Shown here piece after piece: positions 41,909 through 52,448 of a stretch of 64,000 nucleotides of DNA (its first letter is position 1; each line of letters starts with the position of its first letter). Source of the DNA: Candidatus Hydrogenedentota bacterium (GTDB taxonomy: Bacteria; Hydrogenedentota; Hydrogenedentia; Hydrogenedentales; SLHB01). The translations under genes and the position numbers were made by a program. Under the pieces are notes generated by a model. It ran no database searches, was not told the origin of the DNA, and saw only the letters and a list, made by a program, of their open reading frames with translations. Location of the stretch: positions 283,209-347,208 of the forward strand of contig CAVUWV010000031.1 of NCBI GenBank assembly GCA_963745075.1. The letters are read 5' to 3'.

Positions 41909-42739
41909 ATGTCGAATTCGAGAGAAAGCGGCCTGAGTACGTATCTGGCCGAAATCTCCCGTATCCCGCTCCTTTCCACGTCCGAAGAGATTCGCCTGGC
42001 GACGTTGGCACAAAAAGGAAGTGCGGAAGCACGGCGCAAGCTTATCGTCTCCAATCTACGGCTGGTGGTGAGTATCGCGAAAAAGTATTTGTACTACGGG
42101 CTACCCCTTCAGGATCTCATCGAGGAAGGGAATCTCGGTTTGATGAAGGCGGTGGAACGCTACGATCCTACGCGGGGCTGCAAATTCTCGACCTACGCGA
42201 CGTGGTGGATCCGGCAGGCGATCACGCGAGCATTGTCTAATTACGGGCGTACGGTGCGAATTCCGGTGTACGTCACGGACAACGTGGCGCGGTACAAAAA
42301 GACGGCGGAAGAGCTATACATCAAAAGCGGCAAACGGCCCGATGCGGAAGAAGTGGCCGAAGCCATGGGCATCAAGTTGACCGAGGCCCTCAAACTTCAG
42401 TCCTTCGTCGACGAAGTCTCCCCGCTGGACAACCCGGAAACGATGAATGACGACAACGGGCGGGGCATCCCGGAGGCATTGGAGCCGCGCCGGGTGGATG
42501 AGGCGATTGCCCAGATCGAGATGGACCAGCAGCTCGAAGAGATTATGAAACAGTTGACCGAACGGGAGCAGAAAATTATCCGGTTCCGGTATGGGTTGAT
42601 GGACGGAAGGGCGCACACGCTCGAGCAGACCGGGCGCAAATTCAGCCTCACGCGCGAGCGAATCCGGCAAATCGAAAATGATGTAATGAAACGGCTGCGC
42701 AAATTTGTCACCGAACGAGCGGACGACTTCGGGCCGTGA
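41909..42739 (+). CDS. RNA polymerase sigma-70 family factor (group 2 / RpoS-like, lacks region 1.1)
   Basis: [53 protein letters not shown]. Confidence 0.92.
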   Translation: MSNSRESGLSTYLAEISRIPLLSTSEEIRLATLAQKGSAEARRKLIVSNLRLVVSIAKKYLYYGLPLQDLIEEGNLGLMKAVERYDPTRGCKFSTYATWWIRQAITRALSNYGRTVRIPVYVTDNVARYKKTAEELYIKSGKRPDAEEVAEAMGIKLTEALKLQSFVDEVSPLDNPETMNDDNGRGIPEALEPRRVDEAIAQIEMDQQLEEIMKQLTEREQKIIRFRYGLMDGRAHTLEQTGRKFSLTRERIRQIENDVMKRLRKFVTERADDFGP

Positions 42740-42796
42740 TATGTGGGGGTGAAGCGAGGGGTTCCGATCGGGGGATTTTGGAATTGCATTCGCCCG

Positions 42797-42885
42797 AACC
42801 GTCATTCTAAGCGCCAGCGAAGAATCTCAACTTCGTACTCGACCAAAACCCCGAGATTCTTCGCTGGCGCTCAGCGATGACGGTT
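42797..42885. repeat. Long inverted repeat (GTCATTCT...GAAGAATCT type miniature element)
   Basis: AACCGTCATTCTAAGCGCCAGCGAAGAATCTC paired with GAGATTCTTCGCTGGCGCTCAGCGATGACGGTT. Confidence 0.75.
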
Positions 42886-42919
42886 TTAAGACCGGGGTTG
42901 CAGGAGAGGAGAAGACCAG

Positions 42920-43441
42920 ATGGATCTGGCATCGCTGATACGTAATGTGCCGGACTTCCCCGTGCCGGGGATCCAGTTCAAAGACATCACGACGCTGTTG
43001 CAGCATCCGGACGCGTTCCGGCACATCATCGACGGATGGAAGGCGCGGTACACGGACAAGGGCATCACGACTATCGTCGGCGCCGACGCGCGCGGGTTTA
43101 TTTTCGGCGGCGCTCTTGCCTATGCGATGGGTCTTCCGTTCGTGCCGGCGCGAAAGAAAGGAAAGTTGCCTGCCGACACGATCCATGAGGAGTACGAGCT
43201 GGAATATGGCACAGCCACGCTCGAGATTCACCGCGACTCCCTGAAACCGGGCGACAAGGTGGTGTTGATCGACGATCTGCTCGCCACGGGCGGGACCATG
43301 CGCGCCATCGCGAACATGGTCAAACGGCTGGGCGCGGAAATTGTAGAAATTGCTTTTGTGGTGGAGCTACCCCCGCTGAAGGGACGTGACAAACTGACCG
43401 AGTATCCCGTCTATTCGCTGGTGGAATTCATGGTGGAGTAA
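42920..43441 (+). CDS. apt: Adenine phosphoribosyltransferase
   Basis: PDFPVPGIQFKDIT, ARGFIFG, RKKGKLP, YELEYG, IDDLLATGGT. Confidence 0.96.
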   Translation: MDLASLIRNVPDFPVPGIQFKDITTLLQHPDAFRHIIDGWKARYTDKGITTIVGADARGFIFGGALAYAMGLPFVPARKKGKLPADTIHEEYELEYGTATLEIHRDSLKPGDKVVLIDDLLATGGTMRAIANMVKRLGAEIVEIAFVVELPPLKGRDKLTEYPVYSLVEFMVE

Positions 43442-43448
43442 TAGGACT

Positions 43449-44285
43449 ATGTCGACGCAAACAGTACCCGGTTCCGAAATTCAGGTCAACCGCGAGGTGG
43501 AACGTGGACGGCTCAAGCATGCCCTGTTCGATTTTGACGGCACGGTGAGTCTGCTTCGTGAAGGCTGGCAGCAGGTCATGGGTCCCCTCATGGCCGAGAT
43601 GATCTGCGACGGCGGTACGCCCACGCCGGAGATTGAAAAGGCCGTCGCCGATTACGTGGACGAATCCACGGGCATCAACACCATCCTTCAGATGGAACAT
43701 CTGGTCGAGATGGTTCGCGCTTATGGAATCGTCCCAGAGGACAAGATTCTCGACGCGCACGGGTACAAGAAGATATACAACGACCGGCTCATGGAACGGG
43801 TGCGGGAACGCATCGCGAAACTGGAATCGGGCGACCTGAAACCCGTTGATGTCACCGTGAACGGCTCGCTGGATTTTGTAAAAGCGGTCCACGATCGCGG
43901 CCTGAACATGTATATCTTCAGTGGAACGGATCGCGAAGACGTGCAGAACGAGGCCGGACTCGTCGGCGCGGCGCCGTATTTCTCAGAGATCTGGGGCGCG
44001 TTGCGCACTTACGCCGAGAGCAACAAGGAAATGATCATCAAGTCCATCATGGGCGAACATGATCTGCACGGGTCGGAAGTGCTGGTCGTCGGGGACGGCC
44101 CCGTCGAGATCCGCCTCGCGCACGAACACGATTGCGTTTCGGTCGGCGTCTGTTCCGACGAAGTGCGCGGCCACGGCTGGAGCGAGGAAAAACGTGAACG
44201 GCTGACTAAGGCGGGCGCCGACATTCTGATTCCCGATTTCAGTGATTGGCAAACGTTGATGGCGTATCTGTTCCCAGAGGCGTGA
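43449..44285 (+). CDS. HAD superfamily hydrolase
   Basis: Motif I FDFDGT, motif II SGT, motif IV VGDGPVE, GADILI. Confidence 0.88.
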   Translation: MSTQTVPGSEIQVNREVERGRLKHALFDFDGTVSLLREGWQQVMGPLMAEMICDGGTPTPEIEKAVADYVDESTGINTILQMEHLVEMVRAYGIVPEDKILDAHGYKKIYNDRLMERVRERIAKLESGDLKPVDVTVNGSLDFVKAVHDRGLNMYIFSGTDREDVQNEAGLVGAAPYFSEIWGALRTYAESNKEMIIKSIMGEHDLHGSEVLVVGDGPVEIRLAHEHDCVSVGVCSDEVRGHGWSEEKRERLTKAGADILIPDFSDWQTLMAYLFPEA

Positions 44286-44308
44286 AGCGGTCCGGAAAGG
44301 TAACTTCC

Positions 44309-44704
44309 GTGAAGATCGTCGGAGTGCTTGAAACGGCGTTGTACGTGAACGATCTGACCGCTGCGAAGGCCTTCTACCGCGATGTTCTTGGCCTCGAATT
44401 CCATGCCGAGCAGGAGGGTCGTCACGTGTTCTTTCGTTGCGGCGACGGCATGCTTTTGCTTTTCAATCCCAAGGAAACCTCCGATTCCGAGATTGCATTT
44501 CCTGCCCACGGAACGACGGGACCGGGACACGCGGCTTTTGTTTTGGACCCAGATGAGGTCGATGCCTGGCGCAGTCACTTCGCTCGCCTGGGAGTCCCGA
44601 TTGAAACGGAAGTGGAATGGCCGAACGGCGGGTTTTCGATCTACTTTCGTGACCCCTCGGGCAACAGCCTGGAACTGGCGACCCGTCGCGTCTGGGGAAA
44701 GTAA
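44309..44704 (+). CDS. VOC/glyoxalase family protein
   Basis: ETALYVNDL..AFYRDVLGL, GHAAF, SIYFRDPSGNSLE. Confidence 0.88.
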   Translation: MKIVGVLETALYVNDLTAAKAFYRDVLGLEFHAEQEGRHVFFRCGDGMLLLFNPKETSDSEIAFPAHGTTGPGHAAFVLDPDEVDAWRSHFARLGVPIETEVEWPNGGFSIYFRDPSGNSLELATRRVWGK

Positions 44705-44732
44705 CCCTTCGCGGGCGTTCCGATCTGCGCAG

Positions 44733-45509
44733 CTACGACGCCCACAAGAACTGGCGCAGGTCATACCCTTTCCCCCGGACCGCCAACGCCGACGCATACG
44801 CCGGCTCCGTCTCCAGGGCAAACATGGACCACCGCGCGGCTTCGCCGGCGTCACCCTGTGTAGCCAACAACTCCGCAGGCTCTCCGGGCTTGAGCGACAC
44901 GTCGAAGGCGTCCAGTGGAAAGGACAGTCCCTCACCGCGCGCCTTGATGTACGCCTCCTTGCGCGTCCAGCAGTTCAAAAATCCCTGCTCGCGCTGGTCC
45001 TTGGGAAGCGTGCGCAAGGTATAAGCCTCCCGGGGAGAAAAGAACCGTTCGGCGATTCGCTGCCCCGCAAAATCCGGCCGATGTTTTTCGATGTCGATTC
45101 CCACGTCGCGATCCAGCACCATGGCATACACGGCAAGCCGGCCCGAGTGCGCCAGATTGAACCGGAGCGGCGGATCGTCGGAAGTATGTGCCAGAAAGGG
45201 CTTCCCGTGAGAACTGTAGGTAAAGGCAAGCAGGGCCGGCTCAACGTCGAGGTATCGCCCCAGGATGTTCCGCAAAATGCCGCGGCCAACGATGTAGTTC
45301 TCACGCCCCCCGGGGAAATGAAAGCGGCCGGCCCGTTCCCGTTCCTCGCCGCTGAGCGTTTCCCACAACGCTTCCACCACGGGTGCGGACTGATCCAACC
45401 GGGACCTCCAGACGTGCACCTCGCCGGTTGGCAGGCGCAGATTTGCCGGGGGCTCGGACCAGGTCGTGTCGTGTTCGCGATGTGTCATGCCGGCGCGTGC
45501 TCCATCCAT
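44733..45509 (-). CDS. Sfp/HetI-type 4'-phosphopantetheinyl transferase
   Basis: HGKPFL, FNLAHS, VGIDIE, WTRKEAYIKARGEGL. Confidence 0.95.
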   Translation of the reverse strand: MDGARAGMTHREHDTTWSEPPANLRLPTGEVHVWRSRLDQSAPVVEALWETLSGEERERAGRFHFPGGRENYIVGRGILRNILGRYLDVEPALLAFTYSSHGKPFLAHTSDDPPLRFNLAHSGRLAVYAMVLDRDVGIDIEKHRPDFAGQRIAERFFSPREAYTLRTLPKDQREQGFLNCWTRKEAYIKARGEGLSFPLDAFDVSLKPGEPAELLATQGDAGEAARWSMFALETEPAYASALAVRGKGYDLRQFLWAS

Positions 45510-45570
45510 CGTTCATTCTGAGGATGCTCGAGGAAGGAATCAATGATTGGAATGCAACCGGCACGACGGA

Positions 45571-48500
45571 TCACGCGTCGCCTTGGGGTTCGTATTCCAC
45601 GCGAGCCCGTTCCAGGCAGCTTTTCAGGGTCGTGCCGACCGTTTCGATGTAGGGCTTGATCAACATTACAGCGTGATTGCCGGGCACGGTGATGACTTCA
45701 AGCCCACCGTCCGCCACTTCGCCCCATCCAAGGGTTGGATCGTCGTGGAGCTTGTGCATGACGGACTGATCCTCCGCGCGCAGCAAGGAGATCTTGCCCG
45801 AATACGACTCGGGGATGTATTTGAGCAAGACTTTCCAATTGGCCTTCAACACCTTCATCGCGCGGCGCGTGGACGGCTGCTGGACGAGCAACAACCGCGA
45901 ATCGCGGGAAACCACGTTCGCAATGTCGGCGCGTTTCAGCAGTAGGTGGCGGATCGCGTCGGCCCACGCCCACGTCACATATTCCCAGAGCGACGGCGCG
46001 TTCTTGCCGCTGCGCCGCCTCTTGAGGGCCGACGGCAGAATGAGGTAGATCCCGTCGCGGATGTATGGGCCGGTGTGCCGAACCACGTCGAAACACATGA
46101 TGAGTTGGTTCCAACTCCATTTCAGCCGCTCCCGCCAGCTTTGCGTTCGGAGCGACCCTACACGGGCTTCGGTATCCATGATGGCGAGCAAAGCGACGGT
46201 GTGCCCGGCCTTTGTCAACTGCTGCGCGACCTCGAAGGCCACCGCGCCGCCAAACGACCACCCACCCAGGTAATACGGCCCTTCCGGTTGAATGGCACGG
46301 ATCGCAGCAACGTGCTCCGAAGCCAACTCCTCCATCGTCTCGTAAGGTTCCTGCGTCGGGTTCAGACTCGGATCCTGCAACGCGTAGAAAGGCGTGTCAT
46401 CGCCGATATACTGCGGCAAATTGAAGTAGGTGTAGGCGATTCCGCCCGCCGGCGCTACGCAGAAGAAGGGTGCATGATCCCCCTTCGGTTGTACGCGAAT
46501 CACGTGCTGCACGGTCCGCGCTACGGAAGGCTCGCCACCCGAACCCAAGGTTTCCTCGACCGGCAAGGAGTATCCAAGTTCGGTAGCGACGCGCCGCGCA
46601 TACCCCCCGAGACGCCGCGGCAACCGAATTCGTTTCCACACGGTTCCCAGGGCCGGGTCGATGTCCTGGTGGTTCATGAAATTAGGGTCGCCCACGGGGG
46701 CCGACGCCGAGTGCACCCCATCGGTCATCCGTTTTCCTTCATACGGCTTGAGTACCGCCGGATCGAAGGGAATTTCGAGGAACGCGCAAAGCGCTTTCAT
46801 CGTCTCTTCGGGTTTGCTGACGAGATCCTCGTAGTGCACGAGGTGATGTTTCGACTTGAGCAGGGGCGAGAGGAAGTCGCGGATATTCGCGTTGCTGACC
46901 GACCACACATCCTCGCCGAGGGACATGGAATCGGTTTCACCCTCGCTCATGAGGCGTTCAAACCGGTTCCGCATGAAGGACTCGATGGCGGAATAGGGGT
47001 GCCGCGCAAGATGAATGTACTTGGCCCCGTCAAACAGCCGTTCGGCGTGTTCGAGCGTTTCGATGCTCGAACCGTACGACGGAGACTTATCGATCAACAG
47101 CCGGGGGGCCACCTTCTCCTGGAGCATGGCGTAGACCTTTTCCACCGGCGTGGCCTGTTCCACGAGGTTGTCCAGCAGTGCCTTTGCTTCCTCCGCCGTC
47201 AACCCGTTCACCTCCATGAAGGCGCGCTGCAATCCTTCGCCGAGGTACGATTTTCCCAGGTCTTCGCTCCACTCGCGCATAGTGTTGAATTGCAGCAGGT
47301 GCAGTTCCGGCGGACAGAACAAGCCGGGATGGCCGGCCAGCATGACGCGGAGCAACGTCGACCCGCAGCGCGGGCCGGACAGCAAGAATGCAATTGGCTT
47401 GTTCTTCACGGCGGGGATCGTCGTCCGCAGACGCCGCCGGGCCGTCAGAACGCCCGCACGACCCGCCGGTGATGCGGGCGCGGCCGGTTCAACAACCTCC
47501 GGCTTGTGGCTTGCCATTTCTTTAGCAAGGTATGGCGCCAAATCCTGGATCGTCGGCCGCTCGAACACTTCTTTCGGGAACAGCTTCAATCCCAAATCGC
47601 GTTCGATACTGTTCAACACTTCCATCATCATGATGGAATCCAGCCCCAACTCGATAAAATTGCGATCGAGCGGAATAGTGTCTTCGTCACGATACAAGAC
47701 TTTGGCGAGTTCGCGACGCACGTATGCTTCGAGTTCTTCCGGGTGCGCGGACGGCGCGTGCGGTGGTTCAACCGTCGTTGGAGAGCCGTTTCCGGATTGT
47801 TTCTTCATCAAATCCGACAATGCGGGCAACCGGCTCAACATGGGCATCTGAGACCCCAGCCGGTCCCAATCCGCGTTCATGACGCCGACTTGCGCGGAAT
47901 CCGCACGCACGAGACATTCGAGCACGGCGAGGCCGTCTGCCGGCGGAATGCTTTGAATACCGGCTTGGGCCATCCGGTCCCCAGCCGAAGATGCCGCCGC
48001 CATGCCAACCTCCGCCCAAGGGCCCCAGTTGATGCACAGCGCGGATTGGCCCTTTGCATGCCGGTAGTGGGCAAGGCTGTCCATAAACGCGTTGGCGGCC
48101 GCATAATTCGCCTGCCCCGGCGAACCCATCATGGACGCGGCCGACGAGAACAGGATAAAGAAGTCGAGATCGCCGGCGCCCGTTCCGTTGAATGCACGAT
48201 GCAGGTGCCAACTTCCGTTGACTTTCGGCCGAAATACCTGGGTCAAGGCGTTGGCATCCATCTGCATCACGGCATGGTCGTCCAAAACGCCGGCCGCATG
48301 CACGACGCCTCGAATGGGCGGACGCCCCGCATTCCGGTATTCGTCTACAAACCGGCTCAGTTGATCGCCGTCGGCCACGTCCACCGATGCGACCTCCAGA
48401 TCGACGCCGCACGCTTCAAGCTCACGCAAAGCGCCAATGCGCTTGGCCACGGCCGATCCCGGTTCGACCGCGTCCCATTCCTGCCGCGGGGGCAGCGGCG

Positions 48501-51500
48501 TGCGGGAAAGCAGGATCAGGCGGCCGGCGCCGTTGCGCGCGAGCCACCGGCCAACTTCCAACCCCAGCCCGCCGAGTCCGCCGGTCACCAAGTACGCGCC
48601 ATCGCGCTTGCACTGAAATGCTTCCGAAGATTGCAGGCACGATTCGGACTCGACAAGCGACGCCGCAGATTGCAGACGCGCAACAAATCGTTGGCCGGCG
48701 CGGTAAGCGACCTGATCCTCGGCATCGGGGGAAAGGATTTCCGTTGCCAGCGCTCGGCAATTATCCGCCAAAGTAGCCTTATCCACGTCGACGATGCCAC
48801 CCCAGAGGTCACTGTGTTCGACGGCGAGGCACCGGCCGAAACCCCAGACCGGGGCCTGCATGGGAGGCGCACTCGCATCGCCGGTCCCTATTACTTGCGC
48901 GCCGCATGTTAGGAACCACAGTTGCCGCGCCGCGTCGGGTCGCCGCGCTGATTTTGTCCGGGACCCATACAGTGCCTTGGCAAGATGAAGCGCCGACGCG
49001 CACCCCAATTGCCGGGCGCGATCCAGATCGGCCGTCGACGCTTCTTCTGCGAAGGTGGCATCGGCACTCCAACAATGAATCACACGGTGCAGGGAACCGG
49101 CGAAGTCCGCGACAAGCGTTTCGTAATCGGCAGCCCGATCCGAATTCACCGTGGCGTGAGTATCGTCGACGCGGTCATACGCATCACCGTGCATAACACG
49201 GACACATCGATGCCCGAGAGCCTCAAGCTGTTGCGCCAACGTTTCGCCGGCCCCGGCCTCGTCCACGAACACCAGACATTGCAATGCAGCAGGCGCGGTT
49301 TTTGCCTCGGTACGCGATTTATCGACCCACTTCAACTGGTACAACCATTCGCTTAGACCGTTCAGACGCGCTGCGGAGTGTTCGGCAGGTTGGGCGACTG
49401 ACGCCGGAATAAGTTTTGCCGCAGGCATCGTCTTCCGCGCGGCAGGCGTCACATCCAGCCAATGGCGCTCCCGTTCAAAAGGGTACGTCGGCAGGTTCAC
49501 TCGATTCCGTACATAAGGCCCGTCAAAACCGCGCCAGTCTACCGGCACGCCACTTATAGACAGTTTCTGCAGGCTGCCCAGAACAACGGTCCAATCGTCT
49601 TTTCCCTTGGACAGGGACGGCAGCCAGACCGCCGCACCGCGGGGCAGGCATCGCGCACCCATCCCTGAGAGTACGGGCGCGGGACCCGACTCCAGGAACA
49701 GCGCATAGCCCGCCTCGTGCAGCGCGCGGATGCCCGCGTCAAATTGCACGGCCTGACGCAGATGTGCGCGCCAGTAGGCGGCGTCGAATACATCACCCTC
49801 GGTCACGAGCCTGCCAGTCAGGTTGGATACGACGGGAATCCGGGGCCCGCGGTACTGAACCTTGCGGGCCGCCGCCTCGAAATCCTCCAGCATAGGCTCC
49901 ATCAACGGCGAATGAAACGCGTGGGAGACGGTGAGGCGTTTGCAGGTAATCTTCTGCGCTTCGAACTGCTGTACCATCGCGTCGACCGCTTCCGCGTCGC
50001 CCGAGATCACCGTGTTCTTAGGACCGTTGGCCGCAGCGATGGAGACGCGGTCTGCGTGGCCGGTAAGCGCTTCCGCTACGGTGTCGCGGTCGGTCAATAC
50101 CGCCACCATGGCGCCGCCTTCCGGCAGGGCGCCCATGAGGCGGGCTCGCTCGGCAATCAGTTTCAACCCTTCTTCCAGATCGAAAACCCCCGCGACGCAC
50201 GCGGCCACGTACTCGCCGACGCTGTGCCCCATGACGGCGTCCGGTTCGATGCCCCACGACCGCCAGAGTTCGGCCAATGCGTATTCAATCGCGAAAAGCG
50301 CGGGTTGCGTGTAGGAGGTTTCATCGATGGGCGATTCGACGCCTTCTTCGGGATACAGCACGGACAACAACGGTTGTTCGCGAAGATCGCGAAGAATCGC
50401 ATCGCACCGGTCGAGGGCTTCACGGAACACGGGTTGGGTTTCGTACAACATGCGCCCCATGCCGACGTACTGCGAGCCTTGACCCGTAAACAGAAAGGCC
50501 ACCTTCGGCCGTACGCCGCGCCGTACCGCGCCGGCAGCACTGCGATCGCTGTTCTCTCCTGCGCAATAGGATTGCAGCGCTTCGATTAGTTCCATCGCTG
50601 AATTCCCGCGAGCAGCGAGCCGGTGTTCGAACAATGCACGGCACGTGTTGGCGGTGAAACAAACGTCGGCGGCTTCGGAAGCATCTTCGCCGCTTAGGCG
50701 CGCCGCATAACGCTCCGCCAAACGCGTTAACGCGGCCTCCGTGTGGGCTGACAACGTCAGCGCATGCTGCGGCCGTTCTCGAGGCGAGTCGATCGCCGGA
50801 ACATTGGCCGGCGCCTCTTCCAGAATGACGTGGGAATTCGCGCCGCCGAATCCAAACGAACTCACGCCCGCGCGACGTGGCACTTCGCGCTTGTCCCACG
50901 CTTTTCCACGAGTAACGATTTCGATGGGCGTGTCGTCCAGCTCGATGAGGGGATTTACTTCGTTGAGATGCAAATGCGGCACAAACGCGCCGTGATGGAG
51001 CATAAGCGCGGTTTTGATCAGCCCGGCCACCCCGGCCGCCGACTCCAAATGTCCGATGTTCGTCTTTGCCGACCCGAGGTACAACGTCTGGTTCGAACCG
51101 CGTCCTTCGAGAAGAACGGCTTTCAGCGAATCGACCTCGATGGGATCGCCCAGGGCCGTGCCGGTTCCGTGCGCTTCCACGTAATCGATATCCGGCGGTG
51201 ACAGGCCCGCGTTCGCTAACGCCTGACGAATGACCGCCTGTTGGGCCTGCCCGTTTGGCGCAGTCAGGCCGTTGCTGCGGCCGTCGTGATTGACCGCGCA
51301 ACCACGGATAACGGCATAGATGCGGTCACCATCGGCCTGGGCGGCAGAGAGCCGTTTCAACACCACCACGCCGCAGCCTTCACCGCGCACGTAACCGTCG
51401 GCACTCGCATCGAAGGTCTTACACCGGCCGTCCGGCGACATCATCCGGGCGTGGGAAAATATCATTTGAATTTCGGGAGAGAGAATGACGTTTACACCGC

Positions 51501-52368
51501 CCGCGAGCGCCAGCGTGCATTCATCGTCGCGCAAGCTGCGGACGGCCTGATGCACGGCGACGAGGGAAGACGAGCACGCCGTATCCACCGCGATGCTCGG
51601 GCCGCGCACATCCAGAAAATAGGAGAGCCGGTTTGCGGCCAGACTGTGGGCGTTGCCGGTCCCCGCGTAGGCGTCAATCAAATCGGGGTCGTTACATTGC
51701 AGGCGGGCGTAGTCGTTCGCGCTGATCCCCATGAACACGCCGGTCGGGCTGCCGCCCAAGGTGTCGGGCGGAATGTTCGCGTTTTCCAGCGCCTCCCACG
51801 CCACCTCCATGACCAACCGCTGCTGCGGGTCCATGCGCGCCGCTTCGCGCGGGGAAATACCGAAGAACCCGGCATCGAACCGGTCGATGTGGTCCAGGAA
51901 ACCGCCCTTGCGGGTATACATCTTGCCGATGGTCGCGGGAAACGGATCGTAATACGCATCGTTGTCCCAGCGATCCGCCGGAACGTCGGCGACCGCGTCT
52001 TTCCCTTGGGCGAGCAACGTCCAGAACGCTTCCGGACTATCCGCGCCGGGAAACCGGCAACCGATTCCGACGATGGCAACCGGTTCGTCCGGATTGGCAT
52101 CGGCAGAACGAACTTCGGTCTCGGAAGCGTCGGTGTCTGCCGCGAGGTATCCCGCGAGCGCTTCGATGCTCGGGTATTCCCAAAGAAGCGTTGGAGAAAG
52201 CTTGCGGTCGAGCCAGTCTTCCAAATCGCCGGATAGCGTCACCGCTTCGCGCGACGAAACGCCGAGACCGTCAAAAGAGCCATGGGGATCGATATCTTCC
52301 GCGGGCACACCGAGTTCTTCGGCCAAATGCGCGATGAGCCATTCCTGAATGGCCTGTTTCGTCTTCAC
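45571..52368 (-). CDS. Type I polyketide synthase ACP-KS-AT-KR-ACP-sulfotransferase-thioesterase (CurM/Ols-like architecture)
   Basis: ACP GVSS; KS DTACSSS, HGTGT, NIGHLE; AT GHSVG, HAFHS; KR GGLGGLG, HAAGVLDD, YAAAN; ACP GLDS; ST PRCGSTLLRVMLAGH, PPELHLL, DKSPSY, GDPNF; TE GWSFG, MDT, PGNH. Confidence 0.95.
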   Translation of the reverse strand: MKTKQAIQEWLIAHLAEELGVPAEDIDPHGSFDGLGVSSREAVTLSGDLEDWLDRKLSPTLLWEYPSIEALAGYLAADTDASETEVRSADANPDEPVAIVGIGCRFPGADSPEAFWTLLAQGKDAVADVPADRWDNDAYYDPFPATIGKMYTRKGGFLDHIDRFDAGFFGISPREAARMDPQQRLVMEVAWEALENANIPPDTLGGSPTGVFMGISANDYARLQCNDPDLIDAYAGTGNAHSLAANRLSYFLDVRGPSIAVDTACSSSLVAVHQAVRSLRDDECTLALAGGVNVILSPEIQMIFSHARMMSPDGRCKTFDASADGYVRGEGCGVVVLKRLSAAQADGDRIYAVIRGCAVNHDGRSNGLTAPNGQAQQAVIRQALANAGLSPPDIDYVEAHGTGTALGDPIEVDSLKAVLLEGRGSNQTLYLGSAKTNIGHLESAAGVAGLIKTALMLHHGAFVPHLHLNEVNPLIELDDTPIEIVTRGKAWDKREVPRRAGVSSFGFGGANSHVILEEAPANVPAIDSPRERPQHALTLSAHTEAALTRLAERYAARLSGEDASEAADVCFTANTCRALFEHRLAARGNSAMELIEALQSYCAGENSDRSAAGAVRRGVRPKVAFLFTGQGSQYVGMGRMLYETQPVFREALDRCDAILRDLREQPLLSVLYPEEGVESPIDETSYTQPALFAIEYALAELWRSWGIEPDAVMGHSVGEYVAACVAGVFDLEEGLKLIAERARLMGALPEGGAMVAVLTDRDTVAEALTGHADRVSIAAANGPKNTVISGDAEAVDAMVQQFEAQKITCKRLTVSHAFHSPLMEPMLEDFEAAARKVQYRGPRIPVVSNLTGRLVTEGDVFDAAYWRAHLRQAVQFDAGIRALHEAGYALFLESGPAPVLSGMGARCLPRGAAVWLPSLSKGKDDWTVVLGSLQKLSISGVPVDWRGFDGPYVRNRVNLPTYPFERERHWLDVTPAARKTMPAAKLIPASVAQPAEHSAARLNGLSEWLYQLKWVDKSRTEAKTAPAALQCLVFVDEAGAGETLAQQLEALGHRCVRVMHGDAYDRVDDTHATVNSDRAADYETLVADFAGSLHRVIHCWSADATFAEEASTADLDRARQLGCASALHLAKALYGSRTKSARRPDAARQLWFLTCGAQVIGTGDASAPPMQAPVWGFGRCLAVEHSDLWGGIVDVDKATLADNCRALATEILSPDAEDQVAYRAGQRFVARLQSAASLVESESCLQSSEAFQCKRDGAYLVTGGLGGLGLEVGRWLARNGAGRLILLSRTPLPPRQEWDAVEPGSAVAKRIGALRELEACGVDLEVASVDVADGDQLSRFVDEYRNAGRPPIRGVVHAAGVLDDHAVMQMDANALTQVFRPKVNGSWHLHRAFNGTGAGDLDFFILFSSAASMMGSPGQANYAAANAFMDSLAHYRHAKGQSALCINWGPWAEVGMAAASSAGDRMAQAGIQSIPPADGLAVLECLVRADSAQVGVMNADWDRLGSQMPMLSRLPALSDLMKKQSGNGSPTTVEPPHAPSAHPEELEAYVRRELAKVLYRDEDTIPLDRNFIELGLDSIMMMEVLNSIERDLGLKLFPKEVFERPTIQDLAPYLAKEMASHKPEVVEPAAPASPAGRAGVLTARRRLRTTIPAVKNKPIAFLLSGPRCGSTLLRVMLAGHPGLFCPPELHLLQFNTMREWSEDLGKSYLGEGLQRAFMEVNGLTAEEAKALLDNLVEQATPVEKVYAMLQEKVAPRLLIDKSPSYGSSIETLEHAERLFDGAKYIHLARHPYSAIESFMRNRFERLMSEGETDSMSLGEDVWSVSNANIRDFLSPLLKSKHHLVHYEDLVSKPEETMKALCAFLEIPFDPAVLKPYEGKRMTDGVHSASAPVGDPNFMNHQDIDPALGTVWKRIRLPRRLGGYARRVATELGYSLPVEETLGSGGEPSVARTVQHVIRVQPKGDHAPFFCVAPAGGIAYTYFNLPQYIGDDTPFYALQDPSLNPTQEPYETMEELASEHVAAIRAIQPEGPYYLGGWSFGGAVAFEVAQQLTKAGHTVALLAIMDTEARVGSLRTQSWRERLKWSWNQLIMCFDVVRHTGPYIRDGIYLILPSALKRRRSGKNAPSLWEYVTWAWADAIRHLLLKRADIANVVSRDSRLLLVQQPSTRRAMKVLKANWKVLLKYIPESYSGKISLLRAEDQSVMHKLHDDPTLGWGEVADGGLEVITVPGNHAVMLIKPYIETVGTTLKSCLERARVEYEPQGDA

Positions 52369-52448
52369 GTGAACTTCTTCTCCACCACTTTCAAATCGAG
52401 AGGGCACGAACTTCGCGTGCGATTCGTGTCTGTTGCGCCACCAGAGCT

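Noticed and set aside
41909..42739. Calling the sigma factor rpoD or rpoS
   Set aside because: It lacks region 1.1 and orthology cannot be fixed without a phylogeny.
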